Below are positions 26,203-39,390 of a DNA stretch of 64,000 bases, in pieces. The notes beneath the pieces are model-generated. The model ran no database searches. It was not told where the DNA came from and worked only from the letters and a program-made list of their open reading frames with translations. The stretch's first letter is position 1, and the number at the start of each line of letters is the position of its first letter. The position numbers and the translations under genes were made by a program. Origin of the DNA: Isurus oxyrinchus (lineage: Eukaryota); contig JANJGN010000121.1 of NCBI GenBank assembly GCA_026770705.1, positions 186,001 to 250,000 of the forward strand, read 5' to 3'.

Positions 26203-27067
26203 GTAATATCATCGTCAGCTCAGACAGATTTATGGTTAATAGTCTTCGTAAAAGATCATTCTTATTGAGCTGTGATTCGGAACCAATTCAGCAGTGACCC
26301 AGTGCACAAACTCACACCAAGTCCCATTCACCCATCACCCCTGTGCTCACTGATATACACTGACTCCCTGTCTGACAGCAGAATTGGGGGAGTGCAGAGA
26401 TCACAGAGGGTTGTAGGTTTGAGTAGGTTACAGAGACAGGGAGTGGAGCGGAGTGATGGAGGGATTGGAAATCAAGTGTGAAAATAATCACATCGAGGTG
26501 TTGTTGGACTGGGAGCCAGTGTAGGTCAGCGAGTGACTTGTGGGGTCGGGGTGGGTGTGTGCGGAGGTGAAAGCTTGAGTGGAAAATTGGACACAAAATT
26601 CAGGGGATGAAGTCTATCTTGTGGCTAGGACTCTGACAGCAATGGCCTGAAATTAGTGTCTTTTGCTGATTTTAGTCAGAATTTCCCATGAAGACAACAC
26701 AGCAGCTCCTAGAATAGACAGGCTGTTCAGTGTCACACTTCCTGTCCATTCTCACCTTGCTAGATACTTCAATAAGGGAGCAAGATAACTGAAAGAGAGA
26801 AGGAAGGTAAAGCTGTCCGTGTGTAAAGGTGTCAATATTCAGTTTGTATATTTGTCTTTGCTCTTGACACAGGCAGAGCTCAAGCTAGAGGCGCTTTGTT
26901 AGTGTGTTTCACAGTCTCTGCTGGAGTAGGGTCAGTGCTGAGCTTGGGGACAAGTCAGTCTACAATGCTGCATCGGAATCAACAATACAACAATATGGGG
27001 TTTGGATCAGAAATAATCCCTTAGACAATGAGGATCCAGGGTTAAATATTGATATTTCTCTCCACAG

Positions 27068-27438
27068 TTGGACTGTCACAAGAGTGGAAAGGTGAAAAAC
27101 TCCACGAGAGGTGACAGCGCAGGAAGGTTCGTGTGTACAGATTCCATGTCATTACAGTTATCCATCGTGTCTGGAAAACCAACAACGAGGTGGAGTCTGG
27201 TTTAATAATGAGGAACAGATTCCCTGGGCTCCCACTGCCTTTCACTCCAAGGATCACAGTCACGAGTTACCACGGTTCCACCATCGGACCCGGCTGTCTG
27301 GAGACCTGAAAGATGGTGACTGTTCCCTGATTATAAACAACATCAGACGGGAAGATGCAGGACCTTATTTTTTCAGAATAGAATTTGACAATGGTCCGAG
27401 CTATAACTATTACCCTGTAACCCAGCTTCACGTTTCTG
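27068..27438 (+). pseudogene. Gene B V-set Ig exon with frameshift
   Basis: 371 nt versus 369 in gene A; extra bases in the A-run 27095-27099; remainder GSCVQIPCHYSYP...YFFRIE is open in the shifted frame. Confidence 0.9.
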
Positions 27439-28681
27439 GTAAGTGCTGTGTTATAATTACTCAACAATTCACATTCAACACTCAATGGGAAATAACACAA
27501 ACTGTGACGTTTACATATTAACACAAAATACAGTTTATTATAACAGACTGTCTGATTCTCAATAACCTGGTGATAACTTCCAGTTCAGTCCTTAAGCAAC
27601 CTCTAATACTCACTTTAATATCAATGATTAAATGTATTGACTGTGTCCATCAATGTTATCAGGTTATCCACTCCCATTAGTCTCCCTAATGCTTTTTAAA
27701 AGTCTAACAATTTGACAAAAGAAGGATGTGCATTCCTATAGCGCCTTACACCACCTCAGCAAACTTCAAATCATTTCACAGACAATGAAGAAATTCTTGA
27801 AGTATAGTCACTAACGTGGCAGTGAGTCTGTACACAGGAAGCTCCCACAGAGGGCAATGGGATCAGTGACCCAGATCTCTGAGAGAATGATAAGCCAGGG
27901 TTCCATGAGCTGTGGACTGCTCCATCACCCACACCCCAGTGTTGGCAATTCAAGGTCTGGGAGTGAAAGTGTATTCAGCTCAGTGACACATTCCCCACCA
28001 AGTTTGAAAATAGGAAAGTTGCTGCTGATTGTTGTTACCTCTCAGTTCCCAACTCATCCTTGATCCTAAATCAATTCACAGCCAATGAAGTGATTCTTGA
28101 AGCACACATTCTCCCCACTCTCTGGGTAAAGAAGTTTCTCCTGAATTCCCCATTGGATTTATTAGTGAGGATGTTATATTGTCAGCCTCTGGTTTTGTTC
28201 ATTGTGAGGAGTGGAAACACTCTCTCCATGTCTACTCGATCAAAACCTTTCATTACTTCAAAGGTCAAATGAGGCCACCCCTCAACCTTCTCTGTTCAAG
28301 AGAACAGAGACCCAGCCTGTTCATCCTCTCCTGATAGGTAAAGCCTCACATTGCTGAGATCATCCTTGTGAAGCTTTTTACCACCCTCTCCAGTGTCTCG
28401 ATATCCTTTTCCAAATGCTGAGTCTGTTCTCCCCGAGCTGTGAACTGTTCCTCCACCCTCACCCAGTCTGGTCAAATCAAGGGTCACTGAGTGAGAGTGT
28501 ATTAATCTGAGTGACAGAGATTCAACAAGTGTAAAAATAGACAATTCTTTAATGATCATTGTAATCTCTCAGTTCTGATATCATCCTTGTAAAAGTGCTT
28601 TCTCTTGTGGGACTGTGATTTCTATTTGAACTGATGCTTCACGTTATATTTCTCTAAAAGGATCCATTCTCTGTCTGTTAG

Positions 28682-28978
28682 ATTTCACAGATAAACCCAC
28701 GATATTCCCTGCTGAAATTATTGCAGGAAAGCGTGTGGATGTAAGCTGCACCTTCAACACAACGTGCAATGGAACAGCAGCACCTGTCTTAACCTGGGAC
28801 ACTCCCACTGACGTACCTGGATCAGTCTCAAACACTGTAACTCAGCATGGTGTCACTCTGACCTATACTTCTGTTCTGACCCTGATCCCATCACTCAAAC
28901 ACCACGGACACACACTCAGCTGCAGAGTGAGATATCCATCTGTTTCATCGGAGCGGACCCTCGTACTGACTGTGCTAT
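28682..28978 (+). CDS. Gene B C2-type Ig domain 2 exon
   Basis: ttag/gtaagt, 297 nt, almost identical to gene A exon 4. Confidence 0.9.
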
Positions 28979-29149
28979 GTAAGTACAAACACCCTTCAAT
29001 CTACATTAGCTGGAATAGTATCAAATGTGCACAGCAAGCTCCCACATACTGCACTTTGTTTATAAACAAACCATTGGTATTTAACTGGTAAAAAGTGAGC
29101 CCTGACAGGCAGTACATCCTTACTACTGACTCTCCGATAGTGCATCATG

Positions 29150-30890
29150 GACTCATAGACTCATAGACACTTACAGGACAGAAGGAGGCCATTTAGCCCA
29201 TCATGTCCATGCTGGTCAGCAACTCCCTCCCCAAGTGCATCACCTCACATTTTTCCAGGTTGAATTCCATTTGCGTCGTGATCATTTCCCCTTTATATAA
29301 GTCCAATTCATTTATATACACCACAAACAGCAAGTGCCCCAGCACTTTGCCCTGTGGAACCCCACTGGAAACAGACATCCAGTCACAGAAACATCCCTCC
29401 ACCATCACCCTCTGCTTCCTGCCTCAGCCAATATTGGATCCAACGTGCCACTTTGCCTTGGATCCCATGGGCTCTTACTTTCTTGGCCTCTCTGCCAAGA
29501 GGCACCTGATCAAAAGCCTTCCTCAGCCCATGTCGACCACATCAAAGGCATTACTCTCATCAACACTCCTGGTTACCTCCTCAAAAGATTTGATCAGGTT
29601 TGTCAAACATGACCTTCCCTTAACAAATCCATGCTGAATATCCCAGATTAATCCTTGTCTCTCCCAGTGCAGATTCATTCTGTCCTTCAGAATTCTTACT
29701 AGTAACTTCCCCACCACCGAGGTTAGACTGACTGGCCTGTAATTTCCTGATCTATCCCTTCCTCCCTTTTTTAATAATGGGACAACATTAGCCATCCTCC
29801 AGTCCTCTGGCACCTCACCTGTGGCCAGAGAGGATTTGAAAATTACTGCCAGGGCCCCTGATATCTCTTCCCTTTCCTCCCTCAACAGCTTTGGATTCAT
29901 CTCATCCAGGCTTGTGGATTTATCCACTTTTCAGGCCACTAAACCCACTAGTACCTCCTCTCTCTGTGTTAATTTCCTCTCATATTTCACAGTCCTCCAC
30001 CCTGATGTTATACCTGCATCATCCTTTTCCATTGTGAAGACTGATGCAAAGTATTCATTGAGGACTGTACCCACGTCTTCCAGGTCCACACACACATTAC
30101 CTCGATGGTCCCTAAGCGGCCCCACTCTTTCCCGAGTTATTCTCCGGCTCTTTACATATTTAAAAAACCCCTCTGGGTTTTGCTTTATTCTACACACCAG
30201 TGCTTTCTCATGCACTCTCTTATCTTTCCTAATGTCCTTTTTCAGTTCCCCTCTGCACTATTTGTACTCCTCTAGGGACTCTGCTGTATTGAGCCCTCAG
30301 TATCTGCCATAAGCTTCTCTTTTTTCTCAATCCTAACCTTTATGTTCCTTTTCTTCCAGGGTTCTCCAGACTTGGTCTCCCTCTTTGTCTTTACAGGAAG
30401 ATATCTGCTCTGTACTCTCGCTATTCCCTCCTTGAATGCCTCCCACTGCTCTGACACAGTTTTATCTGCAAATAGCTTCTCCCAGTCCACTTGGGCCCAA
30501 TCATATCTCATCTTAGTAAAATTAGCCTTTCCCCAGTTTAGAATTTTTATTCCCAGCACAAACTTATCCTTCTCCATAACTGTCCTAAATCCAATTGAGT
30601 TCCAGTCACTATCTCCCCTACTGATACGCTTTCCAACTTCCCCGGCGCTTTTCCATATATTAGGTCCAGAACTGTCCCCTCCCTTGTTGAGCTTTCTATG
30701 CACAGGCTAAAAATCTTCTCCTGGATGCAACTTCAGAATTTTTCTCCCTCCCTACCTTGCTCACTAAAGCTGTCCCAGTTAATATTTGGGTAGTTAAAAT
30801 CCCTGAGTATTACTGCTTTATTATTCTTACACATCTCTGAAATGTGATCACATGTTGGATTGTCCATCTCTCCCTGACTGTTTGTTGGTT
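29150..30890 (-). mobile_element. Degenerate, internally deleted CR1 LINE
   Basis: WGKANF, NEYFASVFT, VPEDWRMANVVPL, NYRPVSLTS, GVPQGKVLG fragments. Confidence 0.9.
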
Positions 30891-30964
30891 TTATATCTTG
30901 AGTCTATGAGTTCACTGGTTGAGTAAACTCGAATTGCACTCCTTCATATACACTTGTTAGTTGA

Positions 30965-31170
30965 TAAAAACAAAAAAACTGCGGATGCTGGAAATCCAAA
31001 ACAAAAACAGAGTTACCTGGAAAAACTCAGCAGGTCTGGCAGCATCGGCGGAGAAGAAAAGTGTTGATGTTTCGAGTCCTCATGACCTCAGTTCTGTCGA
31101 AGGGTCATGAGGACTCGAAATATCAACTCTTTTCTTCTCCCCCGAAGCTGCCAGACCTGCTGAGTTCTTC
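30965..31170. mobile_element. Short interspersed element with long internal inverted repeat
   Basis: actcagcaggtctggcagc...tttcgagtcctcatgacc versus ggtcatgaggactcgaaa...gctgccagacctgctgagt; related copies near 5450, 35940 and 49610. Confidence 0.75.
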
Positions 31171-31434
31171 TTCGCTGATGCTCGCTATCAATAACCAAGA
31201 GAGACCGACATTAGAACAAGCTGATTATTTATTGTAACAGAGGGCAGAGCACTAAATCCTTGCCTGCTCCCACAGCCACCTCCAGCTCTAGACTTACAGT
31301 TAACCAGTGGCCCACACTGTCCAGTGATTGGTCAGTACTGTCACATGGTTTATCCACTTGTATTCTCTTAAAGGTACCTGGCACTCCACATTATCACAGG
31401 AGGCCTATAGTACACACATAACAGCGTGTTTGCC

Positions 31435-31900
31435 TCCTCAGCACTGACCCTTCTACAGTGCAGCACTCCCTCATTACTGACTCTCTAATAGTGTAATGAT
31501 CCCTCAGTAGTGCTCCTCCAACATTGCACTGGTCAATCAGAACTGACGCTCTGACTGTGCAGTTTTACCTCAGCAGTAACCCTCCTACAGTGCAGGGCTC
31601 CCACAGTACTGTCCCTCCTACAGTGCAGCGCTCCCACAGTACTGTCCCTCCTACAGTGCAGCACTCCCTGTCCCTCCTACAGTGCAGCACTCCCTCAGAA
31701 GCGAACATTTGACAGTGCAGCACTCCTTCAGTAATGACCCTCCAACAGTGCAGATCTCCCTCACTACTGACCCTCCGACAGTGCAGCATCCCCTCAGGAC
31801 TGACCCTCTGACAGTGCAGCACTCCCTCAGTACTGAACCTCTGGCAGTGCCACACTCCCTCAGTACTGACCCTCTGACAGTGCAGCACGCCCTCAATACT
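31435..31900 (-). repeat. 33-bp minisatellite array (counterpart of 575-1368)
   Basis: Tandem units, same flank as in gene A. Confidence 0.9.
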
Positions 31901-32034
31901 GAACTGAAGTGTCTGCCTGGATTACGGGCTATGTGGTGAAAGAACGTACATTGACATCACACCTTTCACATTCTCAGTGTCTTTCAAAGTGCTTCACAGT
32001 TAGTGTAAGTTAACTGATCTGTATTTGTTTTTAG

Positions 32035-32316
32035 ACACACCACAGAATCTCTCAATTAATTCTCTTGATATGATTAACGCTTCATCGATCAATATAATTG
32101 AGGGGAATTCTGCAGTGATAATCTGCTCTGTCGAGAGCTTCCCAGCTTCTAACCTGACGTGGCGACATCTTAATGTCCCAATGAACAGAACAAGTTCCAA
32201 CAATGAGCTGTGGTTGGTGATTCCTCACGTTACATCCAGGGATACTGGAGAATATCAGTGTGTGGCAGAGAATGAACATGGAGCAGTGGAGGGGTTCATA
32301 ACCATCACTGTGGAAT
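32035..32316 (+). CDS. Gene B Ig domain 3 exon
   Basis: tttag/gtgagt, 282 nt, phase 1-1; EGNSAVIICSVESFPASNLTW...DTGEYQCVAENEHG. Confidence 0.92.
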
Positions 32317-34021
32317 GTGAGTTACACAGACTTTAATATTTCTCTCATCTCCAAACACAAATATTCAGATGCTCTCCCACGCACACACACACAAGCACTC
32401 ACAAATGTACAGACCCAAAGTGCATGCACACACACAATCCCACACTCATGAGCACACAGAAAGACACACTCACACACTAACTCAGTAGTACACACTTCCC
32501 TGTGAGTTACCTGACCTCCCTCAGTACTGCACTGGAGAGTTCTCCTGGATTCTGGGATTTGTGTTCCCATTCATATTTATCGAAGAATATCCAAATTACA
32601 AAGTCTATTCCAGAAACTCACATGCACAAAGATTCCAACTGATACTCCCCACCTCTCCGTGTATCTCTCTCCTCCTTTAAGAAGCTTCCTAATCCCTAAC
32701 TCTTGCCTGTCCTAACTCCTCCTTATAATGCCCTGTGACAAATTTTTTGTGTATCTGAGAGAAAGGGAGACATAAGGAAGTTTAGGAAGGGATTTCCTGT
32801 TAGTGAAGAGCTTACTTCATTTTCTCACCTTTCCAGTGTTCAGTTTTGCCATCATGTCCAATGACCCTGTTTATAATGGGGGCAACATATGTAAACGTCA
32901 CACTGTCTTTACATCCTCCCACCAGTGATGGCACTGTGGTGCTTAACCTTGCACCTCCCAGCTTTTCAGCCAACTTCACTTCACAATTTGCAACACATGC
33001 TGTAAGTTCATCGAAATTAACTTATATATCAAATGGTAGATTTGATAATACAGTTTATTGAAAGATTCATCCGCGCTCTGGGAAGGGTTTACACTCTCCA
33101 GGAAGCAGGAATAGGCTGGATGTTGGGGAGTTCATCTTTTCCCAGAGAGTAGGGATCCTCGGGAATGTGCTGTCAGTGGGTGTGGTGGTTGCTGTCTCTC
33201 TGTTGCCTTCAAGAGGGATCTGGAGCGGTTACTAACTGGGGGAGAGATCATAGAAGCGGAGAATGATACAGCACAGGAGGAGGCCATTCAGCCCATTGTG
33301 CCTGTGCCAGGTCTTTCAATGTTCTGTCCAATCAGATCCACTAACCACCACTCCACTTTGCCCCCATCTTCCTCCTTCAAGTGTTAATCCAATTTCCCTT
33401 TTGAAAGTTCCTATTGAATCTGCTTCCACCGCCCTTTCAGGCAGCACCTTCCAGATCACAACAACTCGCTTTATCAAAACAAATTCTCCTCATCTCCCCC
33501 TCCGGTTCGTCAATCTGTGTCCCTCTGGTTACCAACCCTCCTGCCCCTTAAATACATCGATACTGTTCACCTCAACCACTCCCTGTGGGAGCGAGTTCCA
33601 CATTCTCCCCTCTCTCTGGGTAAAGATTGGAACTGTTTATTAAACGGGGTGAGTAAGTCCGTGAGGGAGTCCATCTCGATCCTGCCCGATTCGCACACGC
33701 GTCCGAGATGGATTTCCACGCTGCACTAAACGTTTCCAGAATTTTCTACAGCACAATCCTGTACACAGCGATGGAGAGAAACATTGGACAGGGAGTCCAA
33801 CAGCACAATGATCCATTCGCACCAATGTTCCACGCTAAGGGGAAAGTTCCGATTGTCCACTCTTAGAGTGTTTACAATGAAAACATTCATTCCACATTGA
33901 ATCCCAGTGGATGGGTCAATATTACAGCAAATGTTGCAGTGATATGAAGCTTGATTGTTCAGCCAGAGTGAGAGATTGAAAGCGGAGAGTCAGTGATGAT
34001 TTCTTTCTGTGTGTTCTCTAG

Positions 34022-34161
34022 ACAGTGGAGGAGAGATTCTGCACGTGATCCTGATCCTGGGAATACGAGCTGTGCTATTCCTTGTGGCTGTGGTTATCAC
34101 TATCGTTGGAGTCTGTGTCTGGGAGAGACAAACAGTGAAAGGAAGTCGACAGACTGTTTGA
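34022..34161 (+). CDS. Gene B transmembrane exon with intramembrane Arg
   Basis: Acceptor ttctctag, phase 1; YSGGEILHVILILGIRAVLFLVAVVITIVGVCVWERQTVKGSRQTV*. Confidence 0.85.
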
Positions 34162-34269
34162 AGCTTTGTACAGCAACAATCTGGTCAGTCAGTGCGGACA
34201 AATAACGTGTGATGTTGGGTTAAGTTGTAATGAAATTGGTCAGTGTCCTGGTTAGAATCACCTTCGTAT

Positions 34270-34880
34270 CAGAGAGGCATTCCAGCACAGTGGGAGCCCA
34301 TTCAGCCCATTGAGTCCATGCTGTCTCTCTGTAGAGCAATCCAGTCAGTCCCATTCCCCCGCTCTATCCCCGTATCCCTGTGAGTTTATTTCCCCTCAAG
34401 TGTCCAACCAATTTCCTTTTGAAATCGTTCATCCTCTCCGCTTCCACCATCCTCGTAGGCAGCGAGTTCCAGCTCATTACCACTCGCTGTGTAAAAAAGT
34501 TCCTCCTCACATCCCCCCTCTGCCCACAACCTTCAATCTGTGTCCCCCAGTCCTTGTACCATCAGCTAATGGCTACAGCTTCTCTTCGTCTACCGTATCT
34601 AAACCCATCATCATCTTGTACACCTCGATCAGATCCCCCCTCAATTTCCTTTGTTCCAAGGAGAACAACCCCAGCTTCTCCAACCCAACCTTGTAGATAA
34701 AATCCCTCATCCCTGGACCCATTCTGCTCAATCTCCTCCCCACCCTCTCAAGGACCCTCACTTCCTTCCCAAAGTGAGGAGACCAGAACTGGACACAATA
34801 CTCTAGTTGTGACCTAACCAGAGCTTTATAAATGTTCAGCATAACCTCCCTGTGTTTGTACTCAGTCCCTCAATTTATGA
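34270..34880 (-). mobile_element. CR1 LINE 3' fragment
   Basis: YKALVRSQLEYCVQFWSP, LRGDLIEVYK and 3' tail. Confidence 0.88.
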
Positions 34881-34901
34881 AAAGCTTATTCTTTCCATCA
34901 G

Positions 34902-35250
34902 CACAAACAGCAATTTCCAAGCGGACTCCCATCAGCAGACAGAGTGCAATGAAACATCGGCATGCCTGCTTCTTAATGTACGGAGAGAAACCTGGAACGA
35001 GAGATTCTCCTTCTTCTCCTCAGCAAGCTGAAACTTTTCCTTATACCTGGTGCTCCCCAGTCCTGCTGTGTGGACACATCATAACCACGGCATTGTCTGG
35101 CTGTGTGCAGTCAACATGGTCGAATAGGAATGAACAGAAATGTGACGTTGCTAAACTCTGTTCTCTGATTGGAATGTGCTTTCTGAATGCTGCACCTTTT
35201 TCATGCTGCAATAGATTGTAAGAAGCATTTGGGTTATGAATAAAATTACA
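34902..35250 (+). other. Gene B probable last exon / 3'UTR with polyA signal
   Basis: Acceptor ctttccatcag; 35095-35255 is homologous to the gene D 3'UTR (reverse complement of 61105-61270); AATAAA 35239-35244. Confidence 0.65.
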
Positions 35251-35589
35251 TTGATTAACTCAAGTGATTAAAATGCTCAGCCTGTTCTGTAGATATTTAA
35301 AGATTAAAATTCTTATTTTGCTGCAAAATTCTTGGCTCAAAGACATTACTTCATGTTGTCACGTTTTCCAATCAGATGAATTCCTCTGTCCATCTTTATA
35401 ATAGAAATTTCCAATGTAAACATGTCACATTGTAGCTGCACACTCTTGCCAGTGGCTGGTGTGATACCAAAGCTGTCTTGCTGCTGAGAAACAGCGAGAA
35501 ATATTCCTGTTGTGTGCATGAACTTCATGTTAGCATGAGACACAGGCATCAGATGAAATTTTGTGCAATTTGTACAATGTTCTTTAGAC

Positions 35590-35938
35590 AGCACAGCACT
35601 CCCTCAGTTCAAACCCTCCAACAGCGCAGCACTCCCTCAGATCAGACCCTCCGACAGTGCAGCACTTCCTCAGTTCAGACCCTCCGACAATGCAGCACTC
35701 CCTCAGTTCATACCCTCCGACAGTGCAGCACTCCCTCAGTTCAAACCCTCCGACAGTGCAGCACTCCCTCATTTCAGAGCCTCCGACAGTGCAGCACTCC
35801 CTCAGTTCAGAGCCTCCGAAAGTGCAGCATTCCCTCAGTTCAGACCCTCTGACAGTGCAACACTCCCTCAGCTCAGACCCTCCGACAGTGCAGCACTCCC
35901 TCAGTACTGAACCTCCGACAGTGCCGCACTACCTCAGT
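35590..35938 (-). repeat. 33-bp minisatellite array (variant cagttcag units)
   Basis: Tandem units. Confidence 0.9.
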
Positions 35939-37439
35939 TCTTCTCCGCCGATGCTGCCAGACCTGCTGAGTTTTCCCACGTATTTCTGTTTCTGTTTCTG
36001 TTTTGAATTTCCAGCATCCGCAGTTTTTTTGCTTTTAGTGCTGGGCAGTTCCTCAGCAAGGATTCGGGCCACAAAACATTGCGAGTGCTGTGGGTCTGCG
36101 CCACGATTTAGAGAGCTGTGCTTGGCACGCCTATTCTAGTCCCAGTCCAGTGTGGTGGGGACAGCCTGGCAGTCCAGGGTTGGTCGTGCCCAGCATGGTG
36201 TGCAGGACGTGGTCAGTCCCTCACACACGTCCATCCTGGGGGTGGGTGGCTTGATACTAGGCCGCAGGTGGCACAATCCCAGTCAGGGGAGGCATCTGCA
36301 GCCGGTCAGTGGGGAGCAGGTAATATAGAGGGTAGGGGTGGGGGTGGAAAAGAGGGGGGCCGGTGGTCTCTGTAAGTCACAGTACAATGGGCCTCTAGTT
36401 GGAGAGAGGTCAGGTCTACATGGGGCATTGGGATGTCAACATCAGACAGTCTAGGGAGGAGGACTGGGATGTCAACCCCCAACACAATAAGATCAAGGAT
36501 TAGAGAGGAAGGGAGGAGACTGATTGGAAGGAGGGGAATGTGCACATTATGCTCCTCCAGCACGATGGGAGGGACTGTGATGGTTACGGGGGTGGGGGGG
36601 GGGGTGAAGTGTGAGGGGATAGACGCTTACCTGGTGGTATTGCCTCAGCCCCACCCTTTTTCAAGCTGATCCAATGTCGCAGTTGAAGAATAAGCTACAA
36701 AACAAATTGGCAGGGGAGGTCTCCCAGGGCCTGTGGGAGACATCACCCACTGCATCTTCGGCCTGGTTGAAGGGGCACCCGAACAATTCCGGCTTTTCCA
36801 AATGATGAGGAAGACACAGCTGCACCCCGAGTCCCCTACTGGGGATCCAGAAGGTTGCAATAGCGCTGCGAGGGACTCATGGGCTCCACAGTGACTCCCT
36901 AATTAGCGACTGGAAGGTTTATGTTCATTTATCTTTATTATCCGTTCATATTGAGCAATGGAGCTCCTGATTTGTCACCTTTCTGTACCTCGTCCAATGC
37001 TTCTGTTATCAGGACTTCCACATCGATGTGAAAGAGCCATGATGATAGCAGACAGTCGCACAATGGGAATGGCACTAGGCCAGTGATCCAGAGGCCCAGG
37101 TGAATGCTTTGAAGGCACGGGTTCAAATCCCACCACGGCAGCTGGAGGAATTTCAATTCGATTAATCAATAAATTTAATTGATTGATACATTTTTTTCTT
37201 ATTCATTTCAGGGATGTTGGTGTCGCTGACTAGGCCAGTATTTGTTGCCCATCCCCATTTGCCTTTGAGAACATCTGGATATCTGAGTTAGGATCAGGAG
37301 TAGGTCACTCAGCCCCTCGAACCTGCTCCGCCATTCAGTAAGATCATGGCTGATCTGATTGTCACCTCAACCTCACATTCCTGCCTACCCCCAATGACCT
37401 TTCACCCCATTGTTAATCAAGAATCTATCTAGCTCTGTG

Positions 37440-39390
37440 GAAGGGGAGCCAATCAATCGGGCTGCTTTGTCCTGGATGGTGTCAAGCTTCTTGAGTGTTG
37501 TTGGAGCTGTGCTCATCCAGGCATGTGGAGAGTATTCCATCACACTCCTGACTTGTGCGTTGTAGATGGTGGACAGGATTTGGGGAGTCAGGAGGTGAGT
37601 TACTGTCTGCAGGGTTCCCAGCCTCTGACCTGCTCTTGCAGCCACAGTGTTTATATGGCTGGTCCAGTTCAGTTTCTGCTCAATGGTAACTCCCAGGATG
37701 TTGATATTGGGGGATTCATTGATGGTAATGCCATTGAATGCCAAGGGGCGATGGTTATGAATGGTCTGTGGGATACTCTGGTACAAAATTTCAACACTCG
37801 GACTCCAGATGCAATATTCAAGTGGTTCCTTTATTAGGCATGTGGGGAGCAAACGCTGGGCAGTACAGGTGCTTCTCCACCGAGGTTCAAATGAGCACAG
37901 TTTATATATTTTTTACTCTCAGTTACAACGTAATGGTATTAGTTAGACAAAGGCCACAGCACAATGATCCTCCGGTGGGCTGATAATTGTGTTCTTGTAC
38001 AGTAATTACAGGGCAGAGACTGGCTATTGTCCTTTTGAGACAGCAAAGAATCTATGTTTGTTCGATACAAAAGGTTTCCGGAGGCTGACTGGATGTGGTT
38101 CAAGGCCATCGGAGGGTGTGAAATAACCTTCCCCATTTCTTGATTGAGTCACCCTGTGTCCTTGTGTGTGTGTCTCCCATTTCCTCATTGCAAATTTACA
38201 GCTGAGCCCTTTGTACAGGTTTTTAGCTTTCACGTAAGGATGTGTACGCTTTGGCGCCCTAGCTGCTGGTCCTGGCTGGCTCTTTAAAATAAATCCAAAT
38301 TTTCTGCGCCTTCAGTTAGATTCTCTCTTGTTGGAGCTGGTCATTGCCTGGCACTTGTGTGGCATGAATGTTACTTGTCACCTGTCAGCCCAAGCCTGGA
38401 TGTTGTCCAGGTCTTGCTGCATTTGGACATAACTTGCTTCAGTATCTGAGGAGCCGTGAATGGTGCTGAACATTGTGCAAACATCAGCAAACATCCCCAC
38501 TTCTGACCTTATGATGGAAGGAAGGTCATTGATGAAGCAGCTGAAGATGGTTGAGCCTAGGACACTACCCTGAGTAACTCCTGGAGTGATGTCCTGGAAC
38601 TGAGATGATTGACCCCCAACAATCACAACCATCGTCCTTTGTGCTGGGTATGACTCCAAGCAGCAGAGAGTTTTCCCCCGATTCCCATTGACTCCAGTTT
38701 TGCTCGGGCTCCTTGATTTGCCACACTCAGTCAAATGCTGCCTTGATGTCAAGGGCAGTCACTCTCACCTCACCTCTGGAGTTCAGCTCATTTGTGCATG
38801 TTTGAACCAAGGCTGTAATGAGGGCAGGAGCTGAATGATCCTGGTGGAACACAAACTGAGCGTCAGTGAGCAGGTTCTTGCTAAGCAGGTGCTGCTTGCA
38901 AGCGCTGTTGATGACCCCTTCCATCACTTTAGTAATGATCAAGAATAGACTGCTGGGGAATTAGCTGGGTTGGATTTGTCCTGCTTTTTGTGTACAGAAC
39001 GTACCCCATAGCCGGGTAGTTGCCAGTGTTGCAGCTGTACTAGAAAATTCCAGAAAAGCTTGGCTAGGGGCGCAGCAAGTTCTGGAGCACAAGTCTTCAG
39101 TACTATTGCCGGAATAATGTCAGGGTCTGGAGCATTTGCAATATCCAGTGCCTTCAGCCCTTCCTTGATATCACGTGGAATTAATTGAATTGGCTAAAGA
39201 TTGGCATCTGTGATGCTGGGGACCTCAGGAGGAGGCCGAGATGGATCAGCCACTCAGCACTTCTGGCTGAAGGTTGTTGCGCATGCTTCAGTCTTGTCTT
39301 TTGCACCGATGTGCTGGGCTCCTCCATCATTGAGGATGGGGATTTTTGTGGAGACTCCTCCTCCAGTGAGTTGTTTAATTGTCCATGACT
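37440..39390 (-). mobile_element. Degenerate LINE (CR1/L2 group) reverse-transcriptase fragment
   Basis: ALDIKAAFD, GVTQGSVLG, MFADVC, KLNWTSHIN, VRSVMEY; interrupted by a solo LTR. Confidence 0.88.
37758..38314 (+). mobile_element. Solo LTR, 557 bp
   Basis: TGAA...TTCA termini, GTTA target-site duplication (37754-37757, 38315-38318), AATAAA at 38288. Confidence 0.85.

Larger units (their letters stand above)
25630..35250 (+). pseudogene. Siglec-like gene B: leader-V-C2-Ig3-TM(Arg)-short tail, activating-type, disabled
   Basis: Full exon set with canonical splice sites; ATG>ATA at 26163, +2 nt in the V exon giving TGA at 27112, possible GT>GG donor loss at 34141; AATAAA at 35239. Confidence 0.85.

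Noticed and set aside
34832-35221. 129-aa plus ORF as a long gene B cytoplasmic tail
   Set aside because: Starts within a LINE and runs through sequence homologous to the gene D 3'UTR; no ITIM/ITAM; a phase-0 splice would give only HKQQFPSGLPSADRVQ*
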